A DNA stretch of 64,000 bases, from contig OZ253555.1 in NCBI GenBank assembly GCA_965262725.1, forward strand, positions 2,592,001 to 2,656,000, read 5' to 3'. Under the pieces are notes generated by a model. That model was not told the DNA's origin. It was given only the letters and a program-made list of their open reading frames with translations, and did not search any database. Made by a program: the position numbers and the translations under genes. Shown here piece by piece: positions 38,303 through 49,442 of the stretch. The DNA is from Dehalococcoidia bacterium. Its GTDB lineage: Bacteria > Chloroflexota > Dehalococcoidia > UBA2979. How positions within the stretch are numbered: position 1 is the first letter of the stretch; every line of letters begins with the position of its first letter.

Positions 38303-38378
38303 TGGTGCCCCCAGGGGGACTCGAACCCCCGTTTCCACCTTGAGAGGGTGGCGTCCTAGGCCGCTAGACCATGGGGGC
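38303..38378 (-). tRNA. tRNA-Glu(CTC)
   Basis: GCCCCCATGGTCTAGCGGCCTAGGACGCCACCCTCTCAAGGTGG...GGTTCGAGTCCCCCTGGGGGCACCA. Confidence 0.97.
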
Positions 38379-38486
38379 ACGGCTCCGCTCCCCGGCGACA
38401 GCATCGGATCCTAGCTTATCGCCCCGCTCCGGGAGCGTCACCGCCCCGCGCCCCGATCCCCGCTCAGTGCGCCGGGCCGTCCGCAC

Positions 38487-39887
38487 TCAGTCCAGCGGCG
38501 GCCGCCGCGAGGTCCAGCCGGTCGCCTGCTCGTAGGCGTACGCCGTCCGGTAGACGGTCGCCTCGTCGAACGCCCGTCCGGCTACCTGCATCGAGAGCGG
38601 CAGGCCGCTCCGCGTGAAGCCGACGGGGAGTGCCAGCGCCGGGACGCCGACCACGTTGAAGGGCTGGCGCGCCTGCCGGGGATAGGTCCTGGCGATCTCC
38701 TCCGCGTCCTCGATGGGCGGGGGCGGATCCATGCTGGAGACCGTCACCGCGACGTCGAGGTCGCCCATCGCGTCGTTGAAGTGCTCGACAAGCCGCCGCC
38801 GCAGCCGCGTGGCGTGCACGTAGTCCACCGCGCGGACGAAAGCGCCGGGGAGCAGGCGCTGCCTCAGCGAGGCGCCGTAGTCGCCCGGCCGCTCCGTGAG
38901 CCACTTCTCATGAACGGCGTAGGCCTCCGACATGATGATCGTGCGGCTGCACGCGGCGTAGAGCTCGAGCGGCTCAAGCCGCAGCTCCCGCACACGCGCA
39001 CCCAGTCCCTCCAGGACGCCGACCGCATCCTCGACGGCACCCGAGACCTCCGGATCGGCCTCCATGTCGTTCGTGTAGAAATGCCGGATGACCCCGACCC
39101 GGAGCCCCCGGACGCCGGCGCGGAGGTCGGCGGCGAAGTCCGGGACCGGCGCCCGCGCGCTGCCGGGATCGCCCGGGTCGTGGCCCGCCATCGCGGTGAG
39201 CAGGAGGGCATTGTCCTCGACCGTTCGCGTGAGCGGGCCGACGGTGTCGAGGCTGAACGCCAGCGGGAGGACCCCCCGGCGGCTGACCCGCCCGTAGGTC
39301 GGCTTCATGCCGACGAGACCGCACAGGGACGCGGGCCCGCGAACCGAGCCGCCCGTGTCCGTGCCGAGCGCTGCCGGCATGAAACCGGCGGCGACCGCCG
39401 CCGCCGACCCGCTGGACGAGCCCCCGGTGAAGTGGTCGGTGTTCCACGGGTTGCGGGGCGGCGGCCAGGGCAGGTCGAACGAGGGGCCGCCGAGCGCAAA
39501 CTCGTGCGTCGCCATCTTGCCGAGCAGCACGCAGCCTGCCTCCGTCAACTTCGCCGTGACCGCAGCGTCTGCATCCGGGACGTTCCCCTGAAGGAGCCGC
39601 GAGTGCGCGGTGGTGGGAACGCCCGCGCGGTCGATGATGTCCTTGAGGCCGTACGGGATTCCGTGGAGGGTGCCCCGGTACGCGCCGGCGACGATCTCCG
39701 CCTCGGCCTCTGTTGCCGCACGCAGCGCGATCTCGCGGGTGGGGTGGATGTAGGCGTGGAGCGTGGCATCGAGAGCGTCGGAGCGCGCGTAGAGCGCCCC
39801 GACGTACTCCACCGGCGAGAGCCGCCTCTCGCGGATCAGTGACGCGGCCTCGGCGATCCCCATCCATGCGAGCTCGGTCACGCTCAC
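38487..39887 (-). CDS. Amidase-signature family protein
   Basis: [20 protein letters not shown]. Confidence 0.93.
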   Translation of the reverse strand: MSVTELAWMGIAEAASLIRERRLSPVEYVGALYARSDALDATLHAYIHPTREIALRAATEAEAEIVAGAYRGTLHGIPYGLKDIIDRAGVPTTAHSRLLQGNVPDADAAVTAKLTEAGCVLLGKMATHEFALGGPSFDLPWPPPRNPWNTDHFTGGSSSGSAAAVAAGFMPAALGTDTGGSVRGPASLCGLVGMKPTYGRVSRRGVLPLAFSLDTVGPLTRTVEDNALLLTAMAGHDPGDPGSARAPVPDFAADLRAGVRGLRVGVIRHFYTNDMEADPEVSGAVEDAVGVLEGLGARVRELRLEPLELYAACSRTIIMSEAYAVHEKWLTERPGDYGASLRQRLLPGAFVRAVDYVHATRLRRRLVEHFNDAMGDLDVAVTVSSMDPPPPIEDAEEIARTYPRQARQPFNVVGVPALALPVGFTRSGLPLSMQVAGRAFDEATVYRTAYAYEQATGWTSRRPPLD

Positions 39888-40084
39888 GCCTCCTCGCGGG
39901 CGCGGAAGACGTGCGCCGGCTCCTCGGCCGCGGCGAACTCGCGCGGGAGCCCCGCGATGAGGTCTCCCATGTACCGTCCCGCCTGGACGAACTCCTCCAC
40001 CTGCTCCGGCGTCAGCCTCGTCAGGCCCGTCCGCCGGGCGAACGCCTCGATCTCCTCGCGCGTGGTCAGGTAGCCACCTGGCAT
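39884..40084 (-). CDS. Small amidase partner (GatC/AtzG-like)
   Basis: 66 aa ending EEPAHVF, overlapping the amidase start. Confidence 0.6.
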   Translation of the reverse strand: MPGGYLTTREEIEAFARRTGLTRLTPEQVEEFVQAGRYMGDLIAGLPREFAAAEEPAHVFRAREEA

Positions 40085-40283
40085 CGATCCCCCCCTGCTC
40101 ACCCCGTCCCGGAGACTATCCGAACACGGCGGGCGCGGCCCACGCCCGGAGGGCGTGTCGGCATCTCTCGCCCTACTCCCCCGCGCGCTCGCGTCCGAAC
40201 CCGAGGGGATGGTCGCGCACTCCCCGCCGCGAGCAGTCGCGCGGGCGGTATGCTCGGCCCGTACCAGCGTCCGGAGACGATGC

Positions 40284-41321
40284 GTGAGCGCGCGCGTAAC
40301 CAATCTCACGATTCTCGCGTTGCTGCTGCTCGAACTCGTGTCGGGCCTCGGCAGCCTGCTCGTCGGCAGCCCGGGGGGACGCTGGGTCTTCTGGCTGCAC
40401 GCAGCCGGCGGGGTCAGCCTCGTCGTGCTGGTGATCTGGAAGTGGCGGATCGTGGCGCGCTCGTTGGCGCGGCGACGCGCGGGGCCGTGGGCGATCGCGC
40501 CGCTCCTGCTGGGCGCGCTCTTCGTGGGGACGCTCGCGACCGGACTGTGGTGGGCGGCGGCCGGCCGCGGGAGCGTGCCGATCCCGATCTACGGGTCGAT
40601 GCGGCCGCTGGTGCTGCACACCCTGCTCGCCCTCGTCCTGATCCCGCCCTTCATCGTCCACGTCGCGGTGCGCTGGCCTCGCGCCCGCGCGGCCGACTTC
40701 GCGAGCAGGCGGGCCGCCATCCGGCTGCTGGGCGTGGGCGCTGGGGGGGTCGTCCTCTCGCGGGGCCTGGTCGGCGTATCCGCGTTCACCGGGCCCGCCC
40801 GCCGCTTCACGGGATCGCGCGAGGAGGCGAGCTTCGCCGGTAACGCTCATCCCGTCACCAACTGGCTGACGGATACGCGCCAGCGGGTCGACTCGTCGAC
40901 ATGGCGTCTGAGCGTCCGGGGCGAGGTCGACGCACCCCTCGAGATTGACTACGGGGAGATCTCGGCCATGCCGACGCGCAACCAGCGCGAAGTCCTGGAC
41001 TGCACCGGCGGCTGGTACACGCGACAGGACTGGGGCGGCGTGCCGCTCGGGGCGGTGATCGCGCGGGCACGTGCGGCGCCCGGCGCTCGGAGCGTCGTGA
41101 TCCGCTCCGCCACCGGGTATCACCGCCGTTACTCCCTCGACGCGGTGGGGCCCCTGCTCCTCGCGACGCACGTGGGAGGGGATCCACTCAGCGCCGGCCA
41201 CGGCTTCCCGGTGCGGCTGGTCGCTCCGGGCCGCCGGGGCTACCACTGGGTGAAGTGGGTGGAGGGAGTCGAGATCAGCGCGCTCCCCGCGTGGTGGCAG
41301 CCGCCCCTGCCGACGCAGTAG
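40284..41321 (+). CDS. Membrane molybdopterin-dependent oxidoreductase (sulfite oxidase family)
   Basis: N-terminal TMs; LDCTGGW, GHGFPVRLVAPGRRGYHWVKWV. Confidence 0.88.
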   Translation: MSARVTNLTILALLLLELVSGLGSLLVGSPGGRWVFWLHAAGGVSLVVLVIWKWRIVARSLARRRAGPWAIAPLLLGALFVGTLATGLWWAAAGRGSVPIPIYGSMRPLVLHTLLALVLIPPFIVHVAVRWPRARAADFASRRAAIRLLGVGAGGVVLSRGLVGVSAFTGPARRFTGSREEASFAGNAHPVTNWLTDTRQRVDSSTWRLSVRGEVDAPLEIDYGEISAMPTRNQREVLDCTGGWYTRQDWGGVPLGAVIARARAAPGARSVVIRSATGYHRRYSLDAVGPLLLATHVGGDPLSAGHGFPVRLVAPGRRGYHWVKWVEGVEISALPAWWQPPLPTQ

Positions 41322-41365
41322 CCGCCAGGCGCCCGGCCATCTCGGCGCCGTGCGAGGATCCGGCG

Positions 41366-42112
41366 ATGGACCCCAACCGAGGCTACGCGCCCGGGACCTA
41401 CGGCGACCGGATCGCCGCCGCGTACGACGACCTCCACGCCCACCTGGATCCGGCGCCCGCCGTCAAGGCGCTGGCGAACCTCGCCGGTGGCGGCCGTGTG
41501 CTAGAACTCGCCATCGGCACGGGCCGGGTGGCGCTCCCGCTGGCGGAGCGCGGCGTCGAGCTGCACGGCATCGACTCGTCCGAGGGGATGGTCGCCCAGC
41601 TCCGAGCGAAGCCGGGTGGCGGCGCGCTCCCGGTCACGATGGGCGACTTCGCCGATGTCGGCGTCGACGGAGAGTTCGGGCTGATCTTCGTCGTCTTCAA
41701 CACGTTCTTCGCGCTCCTCTCCCAGGAGGAACAGGTGCGCTGCTTCCGCAACGTGGCCGCACACCTCGGTCCCGCCGGGACGTTCGTCATCGAGGCCTTC
41801 GTGCCGGACCTGTCACGCTTCAACGAGCGGGGACAGTCGCTGCGGGCATCCCACCGCGGCGAACGTGTGAGCTTCGACGTCTCGCAACTCGATGCCGTGC
41901 GCCAGCGCGTCTCCACCAGCCTCGTCGTCATCGACGGGGAGCAGGTCGCGCGGTACCCGATCGAGATCCGGTACGCATGGCCCGCGGAGCTGGATCTCAT
42001 GGCGCGCCTCGCCGGGCTGCGCCTGCGGGAGAGGTGGAGTGACTGGACGGGCGCTTCCTTCACGCCGGCCAGCGGGTCTCACATCTCCATATACGAGAGT
42101 GCCCGGGACTGA
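41366..42112 (+). CDS. Class I SAM-dependent methyltransferase
   Basis: VLELAIGTGRV, GIDSS, GDF. Confidence 0.9.
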   Translation: MDPNRGYAPGTYGDRIAAAYDDLHAHLDPAPAVKALANLAGGGRVLELAIGTGRVALPLAERGVELHGIDSSEGMVAQLRAKPGGGALPVTMGDFADVGVDGEFGLIFVVFNTFFALLSQEEQVRCFRNVAAHLGPAGTFVIEAFVPDLSRFNERGQSLRASHRGERVSFDVSQLDAVRQRVSTSLVVIDGEQVARYPIEIRYAWPAELDLMARLAGLRLRERWSDWTGASFTPASGSHISIYESARD

Positions 42113-42186
42113 GATCCGACGGCCCCGGCCGTGATCTGGCCGGCCCGCGATGCCGCCCCGCACGTCACAGTTGGTGCCAACGAGCC

Positions 42187-42262
42187 TGGTGCCCCCAGGG
42201 GGAATCGAACCCCCGTTTCCACCTTGAAAGGGTGGCGTCCTAGGCCACTAGACGATGGGGGC
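42187..42262 (-). tRNA. tRNA-Glu(TTC)
   Basis: GCCCCCATCGTCTAGTGGCCTAGGACGCCACCCTTTCAAGGTGG...GGGGCACCA. Confidence 0.97.
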
Positions 42263-42540
42263 CGCTGGCCGCTCGAGCATATCAGCGTGGTGGCCGGGCG
42301 GAAGGCCGCAACCGCGCCGGCGGGCGAAGCACGCACCCGCCGCGGCAGTCCGGCGCTCGACACGCGGGCAGCGACGGCCGCGAGTCGCGGCCGCTCCCGG
42401 CGGGGGGAACGCACGCACGCGCGATGGTACAGTGCACGTTCCGTTCACGTGAGAGTGTCCGCGCCTCGCCACGAAGGCGGGTCGAGCGGTCCGGGAGGCG
42501 ACGGGCGAGGCCCGTCGCGCTGTCGAGGAGAGATCCGCCG

Positions 42541-44010
42541 ATGACGACCGACGCGCGGCCGACCAGCGACGACAAGCTCGCCTACCAGGGGCCGGTGACG
42601 GGGTACCAGCTATCGCTGCAGCTGAGCATCGCGAACAAGCCGGGAATGCTCGGCCAGGTGACGACGCTCATCGGCCGGCACGGCGCCGACATCCACAACA
42701 TCGACATCGCTCTGGCGGAGCCTGACTTCATCCTTCGCGAGTTCAGCATCTTCTGCCCCGACGAGACCCGGGCGAACGCGCTCGTCGCCGCCCTCGCCGA
42801 GACGGCGGGTGTCGAGGTACAGCACGCCTCCGACCGCACGTTCCAGCTGCACCGACACGGCAAGATCGAGATCCAAAACAAGGTCCCGGTCACGACGCAC
42901 GCGGACCTCTCCCACGTCTATACGCCCGGCGTCGGCCGCGTCTCGATGGCGATCCACGCGAACCCGGAGGCGGCCTGGTCGCTCACGGTGAAGTCCAACA
43001 CCGTTGCCGTCGTCACCGACGGCACGGCGGTGCTGGGGCTGGGCGACATCGGGCCGGAGGCTGCGATGCCGGTCATGGAGGGCAAGGCGATGCTCTTCAA
43101 GTCCTTCGGCGCGATCGACGCCTGGCCGTTATGTCTCGACACGAAGGACCCCGACGAGATCGTGCGGATCGTGAAGGCGATCGCTCCGGGCTTCGGCGGG
43201 ATCCTGCTCGAGGACATCTCGGCGCCCCGCTGCTTCGAGATCGAGGAGCGACTCAAGGCCGAGCTCGACATCCCGGTCTTTCACGACGACCAGCACGGCA
43301 CTGCCGTCGTGGTGCTCGCCGCCCTCATCAACGCGCTCAAGATCGTGCGGAAGCGCCCCGAGGACCTGAAGGTCGTGCTGATCGGCGTCGGGGCGTCGGG
43401 GGTGGCCTGCTCCAAGATCATGATGAACTTCGGCGTCCCGAACATCATCGGCTTCGACCGCTCGGGCGCCGTCTACCGGGGGCGGGACAACCTCAACGTC
43501 GCCAAGGAGTGGTTCGCGGAGCACACCAACCCGGAGAATTTCCAGGGCGCGATGGCGGACGCTCTCGTCGGCGCGGACATGTTCCTGGGCCTCTCAGGGC
43601 CGCGCATGGTCACCGGCGAGCAGCTGAGCCGGATGAACGACAACGCCATCGTCTTCGCGCTCGCCAATCCGGAGCCGGAGATCCGTCCCGAGCTCATCCC
43701 GAGCGACGGCCCGGTGCGCGTGATCGCGACCGGCCGCTCCGACTACCCCAACCAGGTCAACAACGTGCTCTGCTTCCCGGGCCTCTTCCGCGGCGCGCTT
43801 GACGCGCGCGCGCGCAACATCACCGAGGAGATGAAGCTCGCCGCCGCGCGCGCGATCGCCAACGCAATCCCCGACGAGCAGCTCTCGGAGGACTACATCC
43901 TCCCGTCGGTCTTCAACGAGTCGGTCGGAGAGGGCGTCGCCCAGGCCGTTCGCGACGAGGCAATCCGCACCGGAGACTCGCGCGTGCGCGGCTCGCGCAT
44001 CTTCATCTAG
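42541..44010 (+). CDS. ACT-domain NAD(P)-dependent malic enzyme
   Basis: NKPGMLG ACT; YTPGV, DGTAVLGLG, VMEGK, LEDI, HDDQHGTA, ALANP, TGRSDYPNQVNN. Confidence 0.95.
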   Translation: MTTDARPTSDDKLAYQGPVTGYQLSLQLSIANKPGMLGQVTTLIGRHGADIHNIDIALAEPDFILREFSIFCPDETRANALVAALAETAGVEVQHASDRTFQLHRHGKIEIQNKVPVTTHADLSHVYTPGVGRVSMAIHANPEAAWSLTVKSNTVAVVTDGTAVLGLGDIGPEAAMPVMEGKAMLFKSFGAIDAWPLCLDTKDPDEIVRIVKAIAPGFGGILLEDISAPRCFEIEERLKAELDIPVFHDDQHGTAVVVLAALINALKIVRKRPEDLKVVLIGVGASGVACSKIMMNFGVPNIIGFDRSGAVYRGRDNLNVAKEWFAEHTNPENFQGAMADALVGADMFLGLSGPRMVTGEQLSRMNDNAIVFALANPEPEIRPELIPSDGPVRVIATGRSDYPNQVNNVLCFPGLFRGALDARARNITEEMKLAAARAIANAIPDEQLSEDYILPSVFNESVGEGVAQAVRDEAIRTGDSRVRGSRIFI

Positions 44011-44148
44011 ATCCGGCGCCCGCTCGCGCCGCGCGATCGGCACGCCCCTCCGCGTTCCTCGCGCGGAGAGCCGGCGTGCGTGGTGCTCACCGGCTGGCGG
44101 GTCCGGTGCCAGTATCCAGGACGACTCCAGGACGCTGGTCCTAACCCC

Positions 44149-44703
44149 TTAGCCGTACCGCTCCTCGGTCCAGGGATCGCCGTGCATGTGATAGCCGTAC
44201 ATCTCCCAGAAGCCGGGGCGCTCATCGGGCACCAGTTCCACCGCACGCACCCACTTCGCGCTCTTCCAGAAATAGAGGTGCGGGATCACGCCGCGGAGCG
44301 GCCCCCCGTGCTCGGCGCTGAGCGGAGCGCCGTCGTGCGAGTGCGCGAAGAGAACGTCGTCACCGCCCAGCTCGTCGAGGGGCACGTTGGTGGTGTATCC
44401 GCCGAAGCAGTGGAAGACCGCATGGCTCGCCCGGGGGAGAGGCGCGGCCCTCGCCAGCAGCTCGCTCATGAGCACGCCTTCCCAGGCGTTGTCGTAGCGG
44501 CTCCACGTCGTCACGCAGTGGATGTCCGTCGTCACGCGCGTCTGCGGCAGCGCCAGGAGCTCGTCCCACGAGAGGCTGAGCTCGTGCTCCACGAGGCCGA
44601 AGACGCGGAGCCTCCAGTCCGCGCGATCGATGGAGGGGATGCCACCGTAATGGAGCACCGGCCAGTTCGTGACCAGGCGCTGACCCGGCGGCAGGCGTCC
44701 CAT
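44149..44703 (-). CDS. Sulfite-oxidase-like molybdopterin oxidoreductase
   Basis: RLPPGQ, DIHCVTTWS, EHGGPLR, YFWKSAKW, GFWE..GYH. Confidence 0.92.
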   Translation of the reverse strand: MGRLPPGQRLVTNWPVLHYGGIPSIDRADWRLRVFGLVEHELSLSWDELLALPQTRVTTDIHCVTTWSRYDNAWEGVLMSELLARAAPLPRASHAVFHCFGGYTTNVPLDELGGDDVLFAHSHDGAPLSAEHGGPLRGVIPHLYFWKSAKWVRAVELVPDERPGFWEMYGYHMHGDPWTEERYG

Positions 44704-44855
44704 TCCGGACGCGCTCTCTCCAACCACGGCTAACCCCCTCGCACGCGACCAGGCGATCGTAGGGCCGGAGTCACGCTCCCTCAACCGCGCCCCGCGCCCC
44801 CGCCGTCGTCGTCTCTCGCGCTGTCCACTCAGGCGAAGTCCCGTACGATGGGGGT

Positions 44856-45407
44856 GTGAGGCTCCCATCCCCGCTGCGCGCCGCTCCCGATCCCCCGACC
44901 CGCCACGCACGCGGGGCGCGTCTCACCGTCTTCGCGGCGATTGCGGCGGTGGTGGTCGCTCTCGATCAAGCCACGAAGGTCGGGGTGCGCGCGTGGCTCG
45001 ACGAGGGGGAGCGCTGGCCGCCAGGCGCCGAGCTGATCCGCATCACCCACGTCGAGAACTCGGGCGCCGCCTTTGGAATCCTGGAGGGCGCCGGAGGGAT
45101 CCTCCTGCTCGCCTCGGCGGTGGCGGCGATCCTGGTGATCGCCTACCTGTGGGTAGCGCCCCGCGACGAGCCGCTCACCGGCCTCGCCCTGACGCTCGTG
45201 CTCGGTGGCACGGTGGGCAATCTCATCGACCGCGCCGGCCGCGGCACCGTCACGGACTTCATCGACCCCAGCCACTACCCTGCCTTCAACGTGGCGGACT
45301 CCGCGATCGTCGTGGGGGTCGTCGCACTCGTCGTCCTCAACCTGTTCGCCGCTCGCCGGGATCCACCGCGCTCCGGCCGAGACGACGAGACCGTGGAGCG
45401 CCTGTGA
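44856..45407 (+). CDS. lspA: Lipoprotein signal peptidase
   Basis: DQATK, NSGAAFG, GNLIDR, VTDFI, FNVAD. Confidence 0.95.
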   Translation: MRLPSPLRAAPDPPTRHARGARLTVFAAIAAVVVALDQATKVGVRAWLDEGERWPPGAELIRITHVENSGAAFGILEGAGGILLLASAVAAILVIAYLWVAPRDEPLTGLALTLVLGGTVGNLIDRAGRGTVTDFIDPSHYPAFNVADSAIVVGVVALVVLNLFAARRDPPRSGRDDETVERL

Positions 45408-46396
45408 GCGAGACCGCAGGATCCGAATGCCGCAGCGCGGCGCCCTCGGGAGGTGTGCGCCGTTTCCAGGCGCCACGCGCGGGGCGACTGGATCGCCTCG
45501 TCGCGACGGAGGTGCCGGAGCTCGCGCGGGCCCAGGCGAGGCATCTCGTTGAGGAGGGCGCAGTGTCGGTCTCCGGCGTCGTCCAGCGCCTCCCCTCGCA
45601 CCGCGTGCGGGAGGGCGACCTCGTCGAGGTCGAGCTTCCCGTGCGGCGTGATCCGCTCGAGCGCGATGTCGATCGCCTCGCGGAAGACGTGCCCCTGGCC
45701 GTCCTGTACGAGGACGAGGAGACGCTCGTCATCGACAAGCCAGCGGGCCTCGTCGTCCACCCCCGTGACGGCGTCATGGGCGTGACGCTCGTCAACGTCG
45801 TGCGCGCGCGCTACCCGGAGGTGCGCCGGATCGGCGACGGCAACCGTCCCGGAGTCGTGCACCGGCTCGATCGCGACACGTCGGGGGTGATGGCGTACGC
45901 GAAGTCACTGGCGGCGCAGGAGGCGCTGAAGGCGCAGTGGAAGGCGCGCGAGACCCTGAAGCTCTACGTGGCGGTCGTGGCGGGTGCGATCGACCCCCCG
46001 GCCGGCATCATCGACGCGCCGATCGGCCCCGACCCGGCGGACCCATCGCGGCGCGCCGTCGTCGAGGACGGATCCTCGGCCCTCTCCGAATACCACACAC
46101 GGGAGCGCTACGGGAGCGAGGCGACGCTGCTTTCGGTGCGCATCCAGACCGGGCGGACGCACCAGATCCGCGTGCATCTCTCCGCCGTCGGGCACCCGGT
46201 GTGGGGAGACGAGCTCTACGGATCCCCGTCGTCGCTTATCGGTCGGCAGGCCCTGCACGCATCGAGGCTGGGATTCGTCCTGCCGTCGACGGGCGAGTGG
46301 CGCGAGTTCGAGGCGCCTCTTCCGGAGGATATGCGGACGCTGGTCGACGGGATGAGGAGCCGCCACGGAGTGTCTGCCGAGGCGTCGACGCGATGA
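45404..46396 (+). CDS. RluA/RluD-family pseudouridine synthase
   Basis: S4 domain, DKPAGLVVHP, HRLDRDTSG, TGRTHQIRVH. Confidence 0.95.
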   Translation: MSETAGSECRSAAPSGGVRRFQAPRAGRLDRLVATEVPELARAQARHLVEEGAVSVSGVVQRLPSHRVREGDLVEVELPVRRDPLERDVDRLAEDVPLAVLYEDEETLVIDKPAGLVVHPRDGVMGVTLVNVVRARYPEVRRIGDGNRPGVVHRLDRDTSGVMAYAKSLAAQEALKAQWKARETLKLYVAVVAGAIDPPAGIIDAPIGPDPADPSRRAVVEDGSSALSEYHTRERYGSEATLLSVRIQTGRTHQIRVHLSAVGHPVWGDELYGSPSSLIGRQALHASRLGFVLPSTGEWREFEAPLPEDMRTLVDGMRSRHGVSAEASTR

Positions 46397-47901
46397 GCGG
46401 TCTCCCGCAGTCCGAGCAGGCGCGAGACGGCAGCCCCCCGAGGCTGCGCTACGCGCCGAGCCCGACCGGCGACCCGCACGTCGGGAACATCCGGACCGCG
46501 CTCTGGAGCTGGCTCCACGCGCGGCGATACGGCGGCTCCTTCATCGTGCGCATCGAGGACACCGATCAGGCGCGCGCCATCGCCGGCGCCGACGAGCGCA
46601 TCATGGACTCGCTCCGCTGGCTCGGGATCGACTGGGATGAGGGGCCGGGCGCTGGCGGGCCGCACGCTCCCTACGTGCAGTCGCAACGACTTCCCCTCTA
46701 CCGAGACGCGGCGGCGCGGCTGATGGCGGCCGGGCTGGCCTACCGTTGCTTCGACACGCCCGAGGAGCTGGCCGCGATGCGCGCGGAGCAGCGGGCGGAG
46801 AGCCGCCCCATCGGCTACGACGGCCGCTGCCGCTCCATTCCCCGCGCCACCTCCGACGCGCGTGCCTCGGCAGGGGAGGGCTTCGTGGTGCGCTTCCGCA
46901 TGCCCGACGACGGCGTGACGGTCTTTCGCGACGCGATCCGCGGCGACATCCAGGTGGAGAACGCCACGCTCGACGACTTCGTGATCCTGAAGTCGGACGG
47001 CTTCCCCACCTACCACCTTGCGCACGTGGTCGACGACCACGAGATGGAGATCACGCACGTCACGCGCGGCGACGAGTGGATCCCCTCCACGCCACGTCAC
47101 GTGCGGCTGATCGAGGCCCTGGGCTGGGAACCACCCGCCTACGTCCACACGCCCGTGATCCTCGGCCCCGACGGCGGCAAGCTGTCCAAGCGCCACGGCG
47201 CGCGCTCCGTCCTGGAGTACGCCGAGGAGGGGTTCCTCCCGGAGGCTCTCGTGAACTTCCTCGCGATTACCGGCTGGGCCCTCGACGACCACACCGAGAT
47301 ACTCTCGCGGGAGGAGCTCACCCGGAGCTTCGACATCGGCGACCTCGTGCCGAACCCGGCGGTCTTCGACACGCAGAAGCTCGAGTGGATGAACGGCGCC
47401 TACCTGCGTCGTCTCGACGCGAGCCGGCTCGCCGATCTGTTCGAGGAGCGGCTGACGCGCGATCTCGCGGGCAGGGCCGGACTGCCTCTCGATCGCTCGC
47501 TGGTCGAAGCCACCGTGCCGCTCGTCCGGGAGCGCATCAAGCGGCTCTCCGAGCTGGCCCCGATGGTCGATTTCCTCTTCACCGGTGAGATCGCGGCCCC
47601 GGACGCGGGGACGCTGCTCGCGAAGGCATATCGCGGCCGACGGTCGGACGCCGAGGATGCGCTCGGCGTCTGCCACGAGGCGCTCGACGCGCTCGAGGGC
47701 TGGGCGCACGAGGCCATCGAAGCGGCTCTGCGCGCAACCGCCGCGGAGATCGGGGAGCGCGCCGGGTCGCTGTTCATGCTCTGCCGCGTCGCACTCACCG
47801 GCCGCGCCGTGACGCCGCCGCTCTTCGAGACCATGGAACTGGTCGGCCGTGACCCCACGCTGGCACGGCTTCGCTCGGCACAGGAGATGCTCCGCCCGTA
47901 G
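46393..47901 (+). CDS. gltX: Glutamate--tRNA ligase
   Basis: RYAPSPTG, HVGN, RIEDTD, KLSKR. Confidence 0.97.
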   Translation: MSGLPQSEQARDGSPPRLRYAPSPTGDPHVGNIRTALWSWLHARRYGGSFIVRIEDTDQARAIAGADERIMDSLRWLGIDWDEGPGAGGPHAPYVQSQRLPLYRDAAARLMAAGLAYRCFDTPEELAAMRAEQRAESRPIGYDGRCRSIPRATSDARASAGEGFVVRFRMPDDGVTVFRDAIRGDIQVENATLDDFVILKSDGFPTYHLAHVVDDHEMEITHVTRGDEWIPSTPRHVRLIEALGWEPPAYVHTPVILGPDGGKLSKRHGARSVLEYAEEGFLPEALVNFLAITGWALDDHTEILSREELTRSFDIGDLVPNPAVFDTQKLEWMNGAYLRRLDASRLADLFEERLTRDLAGRAGLPLDRSLVEATVPLVRERIKRLSELAPMVDFLFTGEIAAPDAGTLLAKAYRGRRSDAEDALGVCHEALDALEGWAHEAIEAALRATAAEIGERAGSLFMLCRVALTGRAVTPPLFETMELVGRDPTLARLRSAQEMLRP

Positions 47902-47966
47902 ATGTGGCTTCCGGGTCGGTGCCGGTGACGTCCCGCGCGCATGGCCTGACCCTGAGCACGGACAGG

Positions 47967-49442
47967 CTATACGAGTCTCGGGCGAAGGGCCTCGGCTTCT
48001 TCGACCTCTTCCACTTCCATGAGCAGGGCCGGGAGAATCGCAACGAGGGCGAGGACACCTGCGATCGCAAAGAGGTTCTGGAAGACCGTTACCCCTGCTT
48101 CGATCAGGGGGGCCTGCGTCTCTTCGAACGTCTCTCCAATCGTCGCGTGCGCGGTCAGGCTGTAGAAGCGCTCTATCCCCCAGGCGGACAGCGCCGCGAG
48201 CCCGAGCGCCATCCCCACCATTCGCGACGCGGTGACCAACGAGGCCGCAGCGCCCCAGTAGTGACTCGGTGCTGCGCTCAAGGCGCTCACGGCAATGGGC
48301 GGGATGACCAGTCCAAACCCCAGGCCCGCAGTGACCAACGGGACCGTGAGCCTCAGCTGGTCCACCTCCGTCTCCCAGCCACTCATGAACAGGAGGCCGA
48401 CGCCAATAAACGCCAGGCCGGTTGCGCACACGGTCCTCACGCCTGTCCAGCGCAGGATGTAGCCTCCGACCACCGCCCCCACCGGAATGACGGCTGTCAG
48501 GCGGACGAGGTGGAGGGCGCTCTCCCACGCTGGCTTCTCCATGACGGTGGCGGCCATCAGGGGAACGGCGACGAGAGAGATGATCAGGGCGATTCCCACC
48601 AGGAACTGGGTCACGTTGGACGATAAGAACGCCTTCGACCTGTACAGGAAGGACGCCAGCAATGGCTGGACCGCCCGTCTCTCGATCGCGATCAGGACGA
48701 GGACCAGGACGACTGCCACGCTGAGCAAGAGATAGGGGACCACGGAATCCCCCGAGAAGATGCTCCTTTGGGACAGAGCCACGGTGAGAACGGTGAGTGC
48801 CCCGCCCAGCGTGAGCGCCCCGACGTAGTCCATCTTGGCCTGAGGATGGGCACGATTCGACAGGATGGCAAGAAGCGCTATCAGGACGAGGCTCTGGGGT
48901 ACGTCCAGCCAGAATATCCACCGCCAGCCGATCAATTCGATGATCGCCCCTCCATAGATGGGACCCAGGACGGACCCGGCTTCAGCCGCGGCCGCCACGA
49001 GTCCCAGTGCGACCCCCCTCTTCTCCGGCGCTACCGCTCCCACCGCCATGGCCAGACCGATGGGGACCGTGGCGCCGCCTCCGAAGGCCTGGATCACCCT
49101 GGCGAACACGATCCAGTGGAAGTTCGGCGCGACCGCCACCAACGCCGAACCGATGGCGAACAAGAGGAGCGCCGCCTGGAACACCCTGACGCGGCCGTAG
49201 ACGTCGGACAGGCGCCCTGCCAGTGGCATCGCCACGGTGTAGCTGACCAGATACGCGGTCACGATCCATGACGCCCTGTCGAGGTCCGTCAGGGGGATTT
49301 CCAGGTCCACCATCACGCTGGGCAGCGCGGCAACCACCACCGTCTGGTCCAGGGCGGTCGAGAATACGCCCAGGCAGAGAATCCCCAGGACCACCGGCGG
49401 GGAAGAACCGAGTGCCGAGAGGCCAGACCGAGCGGAGTTCAC
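47967..49442 (-). CDS. MFS drug/lipid exporter (DHA2, P55-like)
   Basis: About 14 TMs; LDQTVV, GRLSDVYGR, GPIYGG. Confidence 0.92.
   Translation of the reverse strand: MNSARSGLSALGSSPPVVLGILCLGVFSTALDQTVVVAALPSVMVDLEIPLTDLDRASWIVTAYLVSYTVAMPLAGRLSDVYGRVRVFQAALLLFAIGSALVAVAPNFHWIVFARVIQAFGGGATVPIGLAMAVGAVAPEKRGVALGLVAAAAEAGSVLGPIYGGAIIELIGWRWIFWLDVPQSLVLIALLAILSNRAHPQAKMDYVGALTLGGALTVLTVALSQRSIFSGDSVVPYLLLSVAVVLVLVLIAIERRAVQPLLASFLYRSKAFLSSNVTQFLVGIALIISLVAVPLMAATVMEKPAWESALHLVRLTAVIPVGAVVGGYILRWTGVRTVCATGLAFIGVGLLFMSGWETEVDQLRLTVPLVTAGLGFGLVIPPIAVSALSAAPSHYWGAAASLVTASRMVGMALGLAALSAWGIERFYSLTAHATIGETFEETQAPLIEAGVTVFQNLFAIAGVLALVAILPALLMEVEEVEEAEALRPRLV

Noticed and set aside
38487-39887. Amidase as gatA
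   Set aside because: No gatB nearby and GatA-specific motifs were not recognised
47905-47920. TGGCTTCCGGG as the distal att of the tRNA-Gln island
   Set aside because: Only 5 nt match the tRNA-Gln 3' end; insufficient
46216-48921. 901-aa minus-strand ORF and similar long Arg/Pro-rich ORFs
   Set aside because: High-GC shadow frames overlapping gltX and the MFS gene
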